Shown piece by piece: positions 48,183 to 57,211 of a stretch of 64,000 nucleotides of DNA (the stretch's first letter is position 1; every line of letters starts with the position of its first letter). The notes under the pieces are model-generated. The model did not search any database, was not told the origin of the DNA, and saw nothing but the letters and a program-made list of their open reading frames with translations. A program made the position numbers and the translations under genes. The DNA is from a candidate division WWE3 bacterium (GTDB lineage: Bacteria > Patescibacteriota > 4484-211 > GCA-002791395), in the NCBI GenBank assembly GCA_013335095.1, contig JAAXWF010000002.1, positions 80,516 through 144,515 on the forward strand, read 5' to 3'.

Positions 48183-48797
48183 ATGATCAGACTGATGATT
48201 GTAGACTTGGATGGTGTCCTTTTGTACGGTAGATATTTTTCTGATCGACTTGGGGAGAAATATGGAATCCCACGGACTGAGATTGTTGAAGTATTAAAAA
48301 CATCGATAAATAATGCGAAAAAAACCAATGAACCAACCTTTCGAATGTGGGAACCGTATCTAAAAAAATGGCATGTACCGTTATCAGAGAATGACTTCTT
48401 TTCTTTATGGTTTGAAGGTGATCTTGAGATTCCAGAAAATATTGCTTTTTTTTCTAATTTCGTGCTGAGCATCGAAAATGTTGTAGTTCTCGCAAATAAT
48501 TTTAGAGAACGAAGTGAGTATATTAAACAACGAGTTACATCGCTTCAGACATTTGATGCCGTTTATTTTTCAAATGAAATAGGTTTTACTAAAGATGAGC
48601 CCCAATGCTTTACGTATGTGATGGATCACTACGGTGTAAGTGTAGATGAAACAGTCGTCATAGATAGTTCCGAATTAGTGATAAAGACAGCTCAACAATT
48701 AGGAATACATACTATTCAATATGAAAATTTGAATAAAGTTTCGGTACAACTACGTGAATTTGGGCTTTATACCGAGCTAAATACTACTCATTTATAA
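48183..48797 (+). CDS. HAD-superfamily hydrolase
   Basis: Motif I 'MIVDLDGVLL' (DxDGV[LT]), with the downstream Ser/Thr and Lys…DD positions of a HAD fold. Confidence 0.6.
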   Translation: MIRLMIVDLDGVLLYGRYFSDRLGEKYGIPRTEIVEVLKTSINNAKKTNEPTFRMWEPYLKKWHVPLSENDFFSLWFEGDLEIPENIAFFSNFVLSIENVVVLANNFRERSEYIKQRVTSLQTFDAVYFSNEIGFTKDEPQCFTYVMDHYGVSVDETVVIDSSELVIKTAQQLGIHTIQYENLNKVSVQLREFGLYTELNTTHL

Positions 48798-48817
48798 TAT
48801 GCTATAGTAAGCTAATC

Positions 48818-49444
48818 GTGGCTCGTTTATCTTTCGTATCAACGATTAATCGAATCAAGGCATCGGGATTAACTCAGATTTATCTTTTAGGTGGAATTGT
48901 CTTACTTATTGTAATAAACGAATACATCGGTGACGTATTATTTTTCCTCATAAGTAACCAATCAATAGAACGACTTTTATCCAGTGCTTTTAATATAGCT
49001 CTACCATTTCTATATTTTCCCTTATTAACTTTATTGATTATCAAATTGATCCAGAGAGATTTCATGATCGGATTAATAACGTTTATCAGTGGAATCGTTT
49101 TATTCAGTCGAAGTTTTATAATTCATGACTTAACCGCAATCTGGATTACAATATTGGTCCTCGCCGTTACAACCGGGTGGGGAACATATTTAATACGAAT
49201 CAATAAACCTCTCGTACTAAATCTACCCAGCATTCGTTATATGGACTTATTGAAAAAATCACTTAGTAACGCAGTAATCATCATATTCGTATGCATTTTC
49301 ATAATTATGTATTTACATCATAGTTTTGCATTCTCAAGAACAGCAAAAAATCTAATCGGGTTATTAGAAGCAGCTCCGACGATTTACATACTATTAATGT
49401 ATTATAAAGAAGTGTTTGTGAATCGTTCTTCTGACCCTTCATAA
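48818..49444 (+). CDS. polytopic membrane protein, hypothetical
   Basis: 5-6 predicted TM helices; no motif recognised. Confidence 0.45.
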   Translation: MARLSFVSTINRIKASGLTQIYLLGGIVLLIVINEYIGDVLFFLISNQSIERLLSSAFNIALPFLYFPLLTLLIIKLIQRDFMIGLITFISGIVLFSRSFIIHDLTAIWITILVLAVTTGWGTYLIRINKPLVLNLPSIRYMDLLKKSLSNAVIIIFVCIFIIMYLHHSFAFSRTAKNLIGLLEAAPTIYILLMYYKEVFVNRSSDPS

Positions 49445-49474
49445 ATTCAATGAACTTCGGCGTATTTTTTCATA

Positions 49475-50803
49475 ATGATTAAGAGGTATATAATACTAAT
49501 TATTAGTGCGGTTTTATTGTTAGGGGGATTGTATGTACGATGGTCAAACTTGTTTCATGTCGGATTTTACTATGACACTGTAGACTACTTTTATCGATGG
49601 GGTAATACGGCTCGAGAATGGGGATTTGCCAATTTCTGGAAGAATTACACTGGAGAGATGGATTATGTTCCTGGAAGTTTGTACCTATTAACCGGAATAA
49701 GTTTCATCAGTACGTACTTTAAGAATAGTAGTCCAGAAGCGTTTGTAGCAACGTTAAAAATAGTTCTGTTTATAGCCGACATATGTTTATCCTATGTCTT
49801 CTACGTAATTCTTCGACTTTTTGCCAAGACATCAAAACAAGTCGCACTTCTTGTCGCGAGTATCATATTTGTAATACCCCCGCTATGGTTTGTTTCAGGT
49901 GTGATAGGACAGATCGATACGCTCGTTTCACTCTGTGGTATTGCGGGTATCGTATGTTTCTACATTGCTGATACGAGCATACTCTCAAAGCGTGATTACC
50001 GTTTCTGGGCATTGATATCAGGCATCTTAATCGCACTAAGTTTTTGGCTAAAGATGCTCATCATCCTAATTGCACCAGCCGCGTTTGTATTATTCATCAC
50101 GGTTAAAAACAAAAAGGTGCTTGGATACGCCTTATTATCGTTCTTAATTACAACCCTTCTTATTCTAGCGATCCCATTCCAATCAAACCCAACAAGAGTA
50201 ATGAGTACCTTATTAGTTCCTCAGACTCGGTTTAATACCACAACAAATGGAGCGTCTAATTTCTGGGCAGCGATAGGATATTTTGGCGACTCCCGTCACG
50301 TCATCTTTCAAACAAAGAGCATCTCACTTCGTCCCGATAATATTGGGTTAATAATCTATGTAACGACTTCATTGCTGTTGATTGCATTAGCATTACGGTC
50401 GTATATAACGTCAAAGGAAAAAGTAACAATCTCGTTTCATAACTTCTGCTGGATAACATCGGTTACATCATTTGCGTTTTTTTTATTTATGGTGAAAGTA
50501 GCGGCACGATATCTTCATATCACGGCGTTATTTATTATTATTACGATGGTATTAACCAAATCAAGTAAAGAAAAATTTACACTATTGATTTTAACTGCAA
50601 TTCTGGAAGGAACATATTTTCTCAATTTAATCGGAGGTTATACATGGTGGAAATACACCCAACCATTGTGGCCGAGTCTATTATTCCAGTCACTGCATTT
50701 CGATGTAGCAAGAGTTTGTGCTCAGATAAATGTAGCGTTGTTTATTACAGTGCTTGCAATTGGTATAAAACATTTTCTGCAAACTATGCAAACAAATAGA
50801 TAG
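49475..50803 (+). CDS. polytopic membrane protein (~11 TM), possibly a GT-C-type glycosyl/mannosyltransferase-like protein
   Basis: Multi-TM topology with an acidic/aromatic first loop 'YYDTVDYFYRWG' reminiscent of GT-C first-loop DxD/DE motifs. Assignment is weak. Confidence 0.4.
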   Translation: MIKRYIILIISAVLLLGGLYVRWSNLFHVGFYYDTVDYFYRWGNTAREWGFANFWKNYTGEMDYVPGSLYLLTGISFISTYFKNSSPEAFVATLKIVLFIADICLSYVFYVILRLFAKTSKQVALLVASIIFVIPPLWFVSGVIGQIDTLVSLCGIAGIVCFYIADTSILSKRDYRFWALISGILIALSFWLKMLIILIAPAAFVLFITVKNKKVLGYALLSFLITTLLILAIPFQSNPTRVMSTLLVPQTRFNTTTNGASNFWAAIGYFGDSRHVIFQTKSISLRPDNIGLIIYVTTSLLLIALALRSYITSKEKVTISFHNFCWITSVTSFAFFLFMVKVAARYLHITALFIIITMVLTKSSKEKFTLLILTAILEGTYFLNLIGGYTWWKYTQPLWPSLLFQSLHFDVARVCAQINVALFITVLAIGIKHFLQTMQTNR

Positions 50804-50808
50804 TCAAA

Positions 50809-51450
50809 TTACTTTTTTACCGTAGGAGTTGGAGAGGGCACGCTTTGCATAAATGAATTGATGTTTTTCAAAACGTCATCAATAGATCCAGAGGAACTTC
50901 CAACGATAGGGGTCGGGGAGATCGAATTCTTCGTAGAACTTTTTAATGGATATTTTGATGCAAAATAACCTAAATCATACACATCAATCTTTTTATTATC
51001 ATCAAAATCAGCTGCAGTGAACGTTGAATCTGGATTGGCTGATTCGGACTTATCATAATACGAGGCAAATAAGCCAACGTCATAAACATCAATTTCGCCA
51101 TCTCCATCAATATCCCCAGTTCCTTTTAACTCACTTCCAGCATCACCAGATGGTGTCGGAGTTAATGACGCTGCCGAAGATTCTTTTTTAGGAAACAATG
51201 TGTCTAGCTGGGTATTAATGAATGGTGCAACAGCCGCTATGGTTACGGCGAGACCAATCGTCGTTATTGAAATAACCATTGGAATACCAGTAAATTTTAT
51301 TTCACTTAACTTAGAAAAAGTCCGCAAAAATTTTTTATCCTTAGTGGGGTAAATCGGAGCATCATCGAGTGGCTGTGCATTAAAAAGATCAAGGGATTCA
51401 TTATTGGCCTGATTAATCCACAAGCTATTATTTGTATTATTATCCTGCAT
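50809..51450 (-). CDS. small membrane-anchored protein carrying a type-I-dockerin-like module and the FPKKESSA motif
   Basis: TM 'GIPMVISITTIGLAVTIAAVAPFI', then 'DTLFPKKESSAA', then dockerin-like duplicated segments 'DIDGDGEIDVYDVGLFASYY' and 'DFDDNKKIDVYDLGYFASKY' (nt ~50950-51117), with a PT-rich C-tail. Confidence 0.6.
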   Translation of the reverse strand: MQDNNTNNSLWINQANNESLDLFNAQPLDDAPIYPTKDKKFLRTFSKLSEIKFTGIPMVISITTIGLAVTIAAVAPFINTQLDTLFPKKESSAASLTPTPSGDAGSELKGTGDIDGDGEIDVYDVGLFASYYDKSESANPDSTFTAADFDDNKKIDVYDLGYFASKYPLKSSTKNSISPTPIVGSSSGSIDDVLKNINSFMQSVPSPTPTVKK

Positions 51451-51619
51451 AGAATGATCATATTAAGACAATGTTTTACCTTTTTGTCAACGTAATACAA
51501 TCTCCCCAACCAAAAGACCCAATACGTTTTACTATAAGCAGTTCTTTTGATATTATATACCCACGGTTTCAAACCTTTTATGGAAGCCTCAATAGAGGCT
51601 CAAAAGAAAGGACCAGCGT

Positions 51620-52084
51620 ATGCCTGGGATTATCATCCCTCAGGTGGAGCAGATGGACGGCGACGACATTGTCGAGCATTGTCGGGCTGGTGATCTCTTG
51701 GGCGACATCGTCTCGGCAATCGCCCATATGGACCAGGGCGGCTATGGTCCGATTAATTCAGAAATGGGCTGTGGAATCGCCATCAGTGTGATTCCACCGT
51801 TCATTGCTCACAACGTGGAATTGTATCGGGTGTACCGTCTGGTGATGTTCGGGCCAAAACGCAAAATCGGCATCTTAGCCGAATACCAGGCCACCATCGC
51901 TGGCTCGGGCGATAAGCCTGGACCGTTCCCCGGTCTCACCGAGGGTCGGCGGTTCTTCAGTGGTATCAGCCTGGGACTCAGCTCAGGTGTCTCCCTGGAG
52001 ATGGGTGCCGAGCGATTCATGTCAATCGCACACATCGCGAGGGACGCCATCGCCCAGGCATCCCAACGCCTTGGCATTGATTAG
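51620..52084 (+). CDS. hypothetical protein (154 aa) in a short GC-rich (~58%) segment
   Basis: Longest of several overlapping ORFs in a compositional island of about 500 bp; no family recognised. The upstream hairpin agcctc-aata-gaggct (≈51583-51598) may be regulatory. Confidence 0.35.
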   Translation: MPGIIIPQVEQMDGDDIVEHCRAGDLLGDIVSAIAHMDQGGYGPINSEMGCGIAISVIPPFIAHNVELYRVYRLVMFGPKRKIGILAEYQATIAGSGDKPGPFPGLTEGRRFFSGISLGLSSGVSLEMGAERFMSIAHIARDAIAQASQRLGID

Positions 52085-52119
52085 CTAGTGCTTGTCGGCA
52101 TATCTTCCGGGTAACAGAA

Positions 52120-53097
52120 ATGTTACCCGGCTTATTAAATAACTCCAATCTTGACAAAGATCAACCAAACAGCAATAGTAAGTGTATGGAAAATGTGCCG
52201 ATTTCGGACACTCAGCCGCAAACACTTCCTCAAACGAGTCAAGTACCATCACAAACAGTACCATCACAAACAGTACCATCGAAACCAAATGTTTTTAAAT
52301 TCACTTTATGGCTTATACCTGCATTGATTATTATTTTAGTAGTTGGTATCTTTTGGGCATTACAAATATTCAAGCAACAAACAGATATTAAAGACACAAG
52401 CAGTGTCGGTCCCCATATAGCTGAGATAAAACAACGAGGAACCTTATTGATTGGAACAGATGCAACATTTCCTCCAATGGAATACCTTGATGATACCAAT
52501 GTACTGACTGGTTATGATATTGATTTCGGCAATCGAATAGCTGCGGAGCTCGGGGTTACGGCAGAATTTAAAAATATTGTTTGGGACGATTTATTCCTGG
52601 CACTCGAAAATAAAGAGATTGATGTAATAATTTCCAGCGTAACTATTACCGATGAACGAAAAAATCTCTATTCATTTTCAGAACCATATATTAATGCCGG
52701 TCAAGTCATTATTACCCAAAAGACGAATAGCACGATTAGCAGAACAAGTGATCTGAATGGTAAAAAAATCGGAGTACAAAAAGAAACAACCAACGAGCAA
52801 GAAGCAATAAAATATACTCCCGATAAATATGTTGTTCGTTACGATGATTTCCAGGCCGCTACGCAGGCATTGATTGATGGCGCAGTTGATGCAATCTTTT
52901 CTGACTTAACAAATGCCAAAGGAATCGTTAAATCATATCCAGATCTTAAGATTGCAAGTGACCCATTCACCTCTGAGTTCTATGGAATCGTTATGCGTCA
53001 AAATGAAGAAGACCTTGGTACTGAACTAGATCGGGCCGTTGGACTATTACAACAAAGAGGTATTTTGACACTCCTCAAACAAAAGTGGCTCGACTAA
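52120..53097 (+). CDS. solute-binding protein family 3 (amino-acid ABC-type periplasmic binding fold) with N-terminal membrane anchor and P/Q/T-rich linker
   Basis: 'LLIGTDATFPPMEYLDDTNVLTGYDIDFGNRIAAELGV…IDVIISSVTITDERKNLYSFSEPYINAGQVII…KIGVQKETTNEQ…' is the canonical SBP_bac_3 layout. Confidence 0.75.
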   Translation: MLPGLLNNSNLDKDQPNSNSKCMENVPISDTQPQTLPQTSQVPSQTVPSQTVPSKPNVFKFTLWLIPALIIILVVGIFWALQIFKQQTDIKDTSSVGPHIAEIKQRGTLLIGTDATFPPMEYLDDTNVLTGYDIDFGNRIAAELGVTAEFKNIVWDDLFLALENKEIDVIISSVTITDERKNLYSFSEPYINAGQVIITQKTNSTISRTSDLNGKKIGVQKETTNEQEAIKYTPDKYVVRYDDFQAATQALIDGAVDAIFSDLTNAKGIVKSYPDLKIASDPFTSEFYGIVMRQNEEDLGTELDRAVGLLQQRGILTLLKQKWLD

Positions 53098-53109
53098 AAC
53101 CACTCGCCC

Positions 53110-55272
53110 ATGAAACTTAGCATTCGTTCAAAATTAATTATCGGTTTTACAACCGTATTATTTTTATCATTTCTTGTTCAAACCGTATTGTTTAATATGG
53201 TCGAGAATTACATATTCTTGCAAGTTAAAGATATACAGCATGAAAAGGTAGAAGAAACCGCCTATCAAGTTAATGACTTCATCACCACAACTCATCTTCG
53301 ACTACTCGCACTAGGGCAGCAGTATGCTCAATATGAACAAAACGCATCGTCGACAGAATTCATCATGCTTGCGAAGCTAGCGATGTCGGAGCTTGACTAT
53401 ATTGAACAAATCTCGGTCTTATCGCCCGCAGGTAGGGAACTAGTCAAATTAGATAAATATACGGTCGCACAATCTGATGACCTTACTTTCGAAATTCCGA
53501 CCACACCATTCCAGTCTGCTCTTAAAGGAGAAGCAGATGTCTCAAAAGTCTACTTTCCGCAGGGGAGTTCAGTTGCGACGATTAACTTTTACACACCAAT
53601 AATATCTCCCGACAAAAAGATTATCGGAGTCATCCAAGCTCAAATAAAACTCACTCGGGTACAAAATATAATTGAACAAGATCAGTTTGGCGCTGACGGT
53701 ATTGCATATTTACTCGATGATGAAGGTCGATTAATTGCCCACCCTGATACTACTTTAGTAGCCGATGCTCCTAACTTTTCAACCCGTAAATTGATCTACT
53801 CATATTTGTTTGGCGATCCGGACACCCTAACAAATGATGATTATTTTTATGTGAATCAAAAAGACAAACGAGTATTTGCTCAGGCGATACGACTACCGGA
53901 TACAAAATGGCTCATGGTAGTAGAACAACCCGACACTGAAGCATTTTCTTTTCTAAACTTCATACGAACATTCTTTTATACAACAGGCGCAGGCTCAGCC
54001 GTATTGCTCATTGTTATTTCTTTATTCTTAAGCCGGAATATTTCAAGCCCAATACTTAAATTGCGTGAATGGACCAAGGCGATCACTCAGCGTAACTATA
54101 ATAGCGAACCGAATATACAAAGCGGAGATGAAATAGAAAATTTAGCTGCTTCGTTTAAACAAATGACTCAAGAAATTCGATCACGAGAACATAAAATCGA
54201 AACAGAAAAACAACAAATGGAGCGATTATTAGAATCAATGACCGAAGGGGTGATAGCGATAAATGCCAAAGGTACAATACTTCTGTTTAACCGAGCGGTT
54301 ACCTCGATCACGGGAATAACATCAAAAGATGCAATTGGTAAGCACATTGATAAGGTTATTCAATTATTTGCCGATACTGACCAAGTTCGATTATCAATTT
54401 ACTCAGAACTACCTGATCAATTAAAGAATGAATATGAAGAAAAGGGATTGTATATTTATACTCTCCGGGGAAGAATTACTGTTTCGGTAAAGGTTGCACC
54501 AGTCCAATTTGATGAACCAGACAGCAACGGGTGGATATTAACCATACACGACATCACCATGACTCAAAAGCTAGAAGAAATGAAATTGGATTTCGTCGCC
54601 ATGGCCGCGCATGAATTGCGAACCCCGTTAACCGCAATCCGGGGATACTTAGACATACTATCAGAAGATCTCAAAGATCGGCTGAGTGATCAGGAAAAAA
54701 TGTTCTTAAGTAGAACCACATTGAGTGCAGCAGAATTAGCCTCATTAGTTGAAAACCTATTAACCGTATCACGAATAGAAAAAGGTAATATGTCTCTTGA
54801 TCTAAAGCTCTATTCGCTTGAAGAAGTTGTTGGTCAGGTATGTAACAATTCAATGGATTTATCAAAAGAAAAAGGTATTACATTAACCCTCGTACCACCA
54901 ACGCAACCGATACCTCAAATTTACATGGATAGATTTAGGATAGCCGAAGTGATTAGTAATCTAGTCTCAAACGGAATAAGCTACACCCAGCCAGGAGGAA
55001 AAGTGACAATCGAGATGTCATCAGCAGATGGATATGTCATGGTTAAAGTCTGTGACACTGGCCAAGGCATCCCCGCAGAAGCTATTCCTCATTTATTTAC
55101 TAAATTCTATCGAGTATCACGAACCTTGGAACAAGGTTCAAAGGGAACCGGATTAGGGCTATTCATTTCAAAAGCAATAATAAAGGCTCACAAGGGCTCA
55201 ATTTGGGTAGAAAGCAAAGTTAAACAGGGAACATCATTCACGTTTAAACTTCCACTCGATCCAAGAAATTAA
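53110..55272 (+). CDS. sensor histidine kinase (extracytoplasmic Cache-like sensor, HAMP, PAS, HisKA, HATPase_c)
   Basis: Two TM helices flank a ~270-aa extracellular domain. H-box 'MAAHELRTPLTAIRGYLD', N-box 'VISNLVSNGISYT', G-boxes 'DTGQGI' and 'GTGLGLFISKAIIKAHKGSIWVES'. Confidence 0.85.
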   Translation: MKLSIRSKLIIGFTTVLFLSFLVQTVLFNMVENYIFLQVKDIQHEKVEETAYQVNDFITTTHLRLLALGQQYAQYEQNASSTEFIMLAKLAMSELDYIEQISVLSPAGRELVKLDKYTVAQSDDLTFEIPTTPFQSALKGEADVSKVYFPQGSSVATINFYTPIISPDKKIIGVIQAQIKLTRVQNIIEQDQFGADGIAYLLDDEGRLIAHPDTTLVADAPNFSTRKLIYSYLFGDPDTLTNDDYFYVNQKDKRVFAQAIRLPDTKWLMVVEQPDTEAFSFLNFIRTFFYTTGAGSAVLLIVISLFLSRNISSPILKLREWTKAITQRNYNSEPNIQSGDEIENLAASFKQMTQEIRSREHKIETEKQQMERLLESMTEGVIAINAKGTILLFNRAVTSITGITSKDAIGKHIDKVIQLFADTDQVRLSIYSELPDQLKNEYEEKGLYIYTLRGRITVSVKVAPVQFDEPDSNGWILTIHDITMTQKLEEMKLDFVAMAAHELRTPLTAIRGYLDILSEDLKDRLSDQEKMFLSRTTLSAAELASLVENLLTVSRIEKGNMSLDLKLYSLEEVVGQVCNNSMDLSKEKGITLTLVPPTQPIPQIYMDRFRIAEVISNLVSNGISYTQPGGKVTIEMSSADGYVMVKVCDTGQGIPAEAIPHLFTKFYRVSRTLEQGSKGTGLGLFISKAIIKAHKGSIWVESKVKQGTSFTFKLPLDPRN

Positions 55273-55279
55273 ATATAAA

Positions 55280-55618
55280 TTACTCAGTTAAGGGTATACA
55301 TTGACCAGAAGCATCTGGATAGTTATTTTCAAGTTGGCACATATATCCTATCGGGCATTGAATATTAGCAATGCCACCACACATAAACTCACGAGGAACT
55401 GGGATGCTATCTATATCTGTAGGTTCAGGATTTTGAGTTATATAGATTGGGAAGGGGGTCGCAGTAATTGAAATATAATGATCTGAGGGTGTTGGAGTAG
55501 GAGAAGTTACATTAGTTTGTTGATTCTTGTGCCATAGCCACCAAGCGCCGCTCAACAAGCCTAAAATCATAATCGCAATTAATAAATGCACAAAAGTATA
55601 TCCACGATTATTGCCCAT
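55280..55618 (-). CDS. small secreted/membrane-anchored hypothetical protein (112 aa), 4 Cys in C-terminal third
   Basis: N-terminal TM 'FVHLLIAIMILGLLSGAWWLW', PT-rich linker, Cys-containing C-terminus. Confidence 0.4.
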   Translation of the reverse strand: MGNNRGYTFVHLLIAIMILGLLSGAWWLWHKNQQTNVTSPTPTPSDHYISITATPFPIYITQNPEPTDIDSIPVPREFMCGGIANIQCPIGYMCQLENNYPDASGQCIPLTE

Positions 55619-55663
55619 ACATTGAAGTTAACACGAATCTAAAATTTGAACAAGCATAAAAGA

Positions 55664-55694
55664 GGTCTTCTGCCGCTAACGTGCGACAGAAGAC
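55664..55694 (-). terminator. probable rho-independent terminator after the methyltransferase gene
   Basis: Perfect 8-bp stem gtcttctg / cagaagac with a 13-nt loop. On the - strand it is followed by ctcttttatg (T-rich). Confidence 0.4.
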
Positions 55695-55730
55695 TGTTAA
55701 TTCAACAATATGGAACGGCCACTGACATTC

Positions 55731-56546
55731 TCATGTCCGTTGACACAAGAATAGCATCTTCATGCCGTGGCCGGTACCAAATGGGGTGCCGTCATAATCA
55801 GACCAGCGATCGATAATCGTAAACCCTGCATCTGCTAGAAGAAGTTCCCATTCAGCCGGGAAGATCATCCGCATCGTTGTTTGGGAGCGATAACACCGAT
55901 TGGCAATAAGCCGGCCAATAGCATCATAAAAGTTGTAGAAGTACGTTACTTCGAGCAACTGTGTCGCAGGATGATAGCGAGTAGTGTAGCTACGTACTAG
56001 ATTATAGCCATCCGCAAGCTGAGCCTCGCGCTCAATGATAGGAGCATGCCGAGTAAGGCCATGGGCTAACTTTGCCGGATCGGGTAAAAACACATCAGCC
56101 ACAAAGTGGCCACCAACCTGCAGATGGTTGTGACAGTTATGTAATGCGGCGCGCTGGTCGTGTGTAGTGAGCAGGTGCGCGAAGCTATGAAACGGGACAA
56201 GGACGAGGTTATATCGCTCGATACCTGCATTGACCGTGCGCATATCACCTTCTATCAACTGCAATTGTGATTGTAGGCTCGGGTCCTCGGCGGCTACTTT
56301 CGCACTTGCCCGAGAAAGCATATCTGGTGATAAATCAACACCAGTGACCCAATACCCAAGCTGCATTGCCTGCCAAGCGATGGGCAAGGTTATACGTCCG
56401 GTTCCGCACGCCATTTCAAGTACATGACCTCCCCGCGCATACATCCGGCAAAGACGTTTACTCCAGGCGATATCCGCTGTTAGATCCGCATATTCCGCAT
56501 CGTAATCAGGCGCATGTCGATAGAAATCGACGACCGAAGTGTCCAT
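55731..56546 (-). CDS. class I SAM-dependent methyltransferase
   Basis: Motif I 'VLEMACGTGRITLPIA' (hh[DE]hGxGxG), motif II region 'YNLVLVPF'. GC is moderately elevated. Confidence 0.7.
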   Translation of the reverse strand: MDTSVVDFYRHAPDYDAEYADLTADIAWSKRLCRMYARGGHVLEMACGTGRITLPIAWQAMQLGYWVTGVDLSPDMLSRASAKVAAEDPSLQSQLQLIEGDMRTVNAGIERYNLVLVPFHSFAHLLTTHDQRAALHNCHNHLQVGGHFVADVFLPDPAKLAHGLTRHAPIIEREAQLADGYNLVRSYTTRYHPATQLLEVTYFYNFYDAIGRLIANRCYRSQTTMRMIFPAEWELLLADAGFTIIDRWSDYDGTPFGTGHGMKMLFLCQRT

Positions 56547-56645
56547 AGGTCCACCTCCATGGATCAGATAAGAAACGTCCGGACTATGCTAGCATACTTA
56601 ACACAGCAACGCAACCCATAGTAAATTTTTATTAATCCGTATGAT

Positions 56646-57155
56646 ATGCTTAAAGCAATGAAGTTTAAAAACTTAAACATGGACTATGCCAGAAGTATCA
56701 CGTTTGGATTCGAAGATGCGTTAGTGTCAACTACTGGAGTTGTAGTTGGAATCGCAGTTGGTACAGCTCAAAGAGATGTGATAATCTTGGCTGGAATTGT
56801 CACCATAGCTGTAGAAGCCCTTTCGATGGGGGCCGGCCAATACCTTAGCGAACGAACAGTACACCAGATGGATGTAAATCACACTCATACCGATAGTTTA
56901 TATCTCGGAGCAATCTTTATGTTTCTTGCCTATATGATTGGTGGAATGGTTCCACTATTTCCGATGTTTGTTATGCCGTTTCCGTCGGCAATCTATGCAA
57001 CAGTTATTTCTGCATTTATTGGACTTTTCCTATTAGGTTATGTAAAAGGAGCGATTATTGGAGTACCTAAGTTAAAAAGTGCTCTTGAGATATTTGTTGT
57101 AGGTGGAATGGCAACCATACTTGGATTAGTTGTCGGGTTATTATTAAAGATTTAA
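56646..57155 (+). CDS. VIT1/CCC1-family (DUF125) membrane protein, putative Fe/Mn transporter
   Basis: 'ITFGFEDALVSTTGVVVGIAVG' (GFxDGLvtt-type motif), 'ALSMGAGQYLS', and 4-5 TM helices. Confidence 0.5.
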   Translation: MLKAMKFKNLNMDYARSITFGFEDALVSTTGVVVGIAVGTAQRDVIILAGIVTIAVEALSMGAGQYLSERTVHQMDVNHTHTDSLYLGAIFMFLAYMIGGMVPLFPMFVMPFPSAIYATVISAFIGLFLLGYVKGAIIGVPKLKSALEIFVVGGMATILGLVVGLLLKI

Positions 57156-57160
57156 AAGTA

Positions 57161-57192
57161 ATAAAAAGCGGGGAGTAGAGTACCCCCCGCCC
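57161..57192 (-). terminator. rho-independent terminator for the flotillin-like gene (between convergent genes)
   Basis: GC hairpin gcgggg-N10-cccccgc (57168-57190). On the - strand it is followed by TTTTTATT (complement of ataaaaa at 57161-57167). Confidence 0.45.
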
Positions 57193-57211
57193 GTCAATCC
57201 CGATAGTATAG

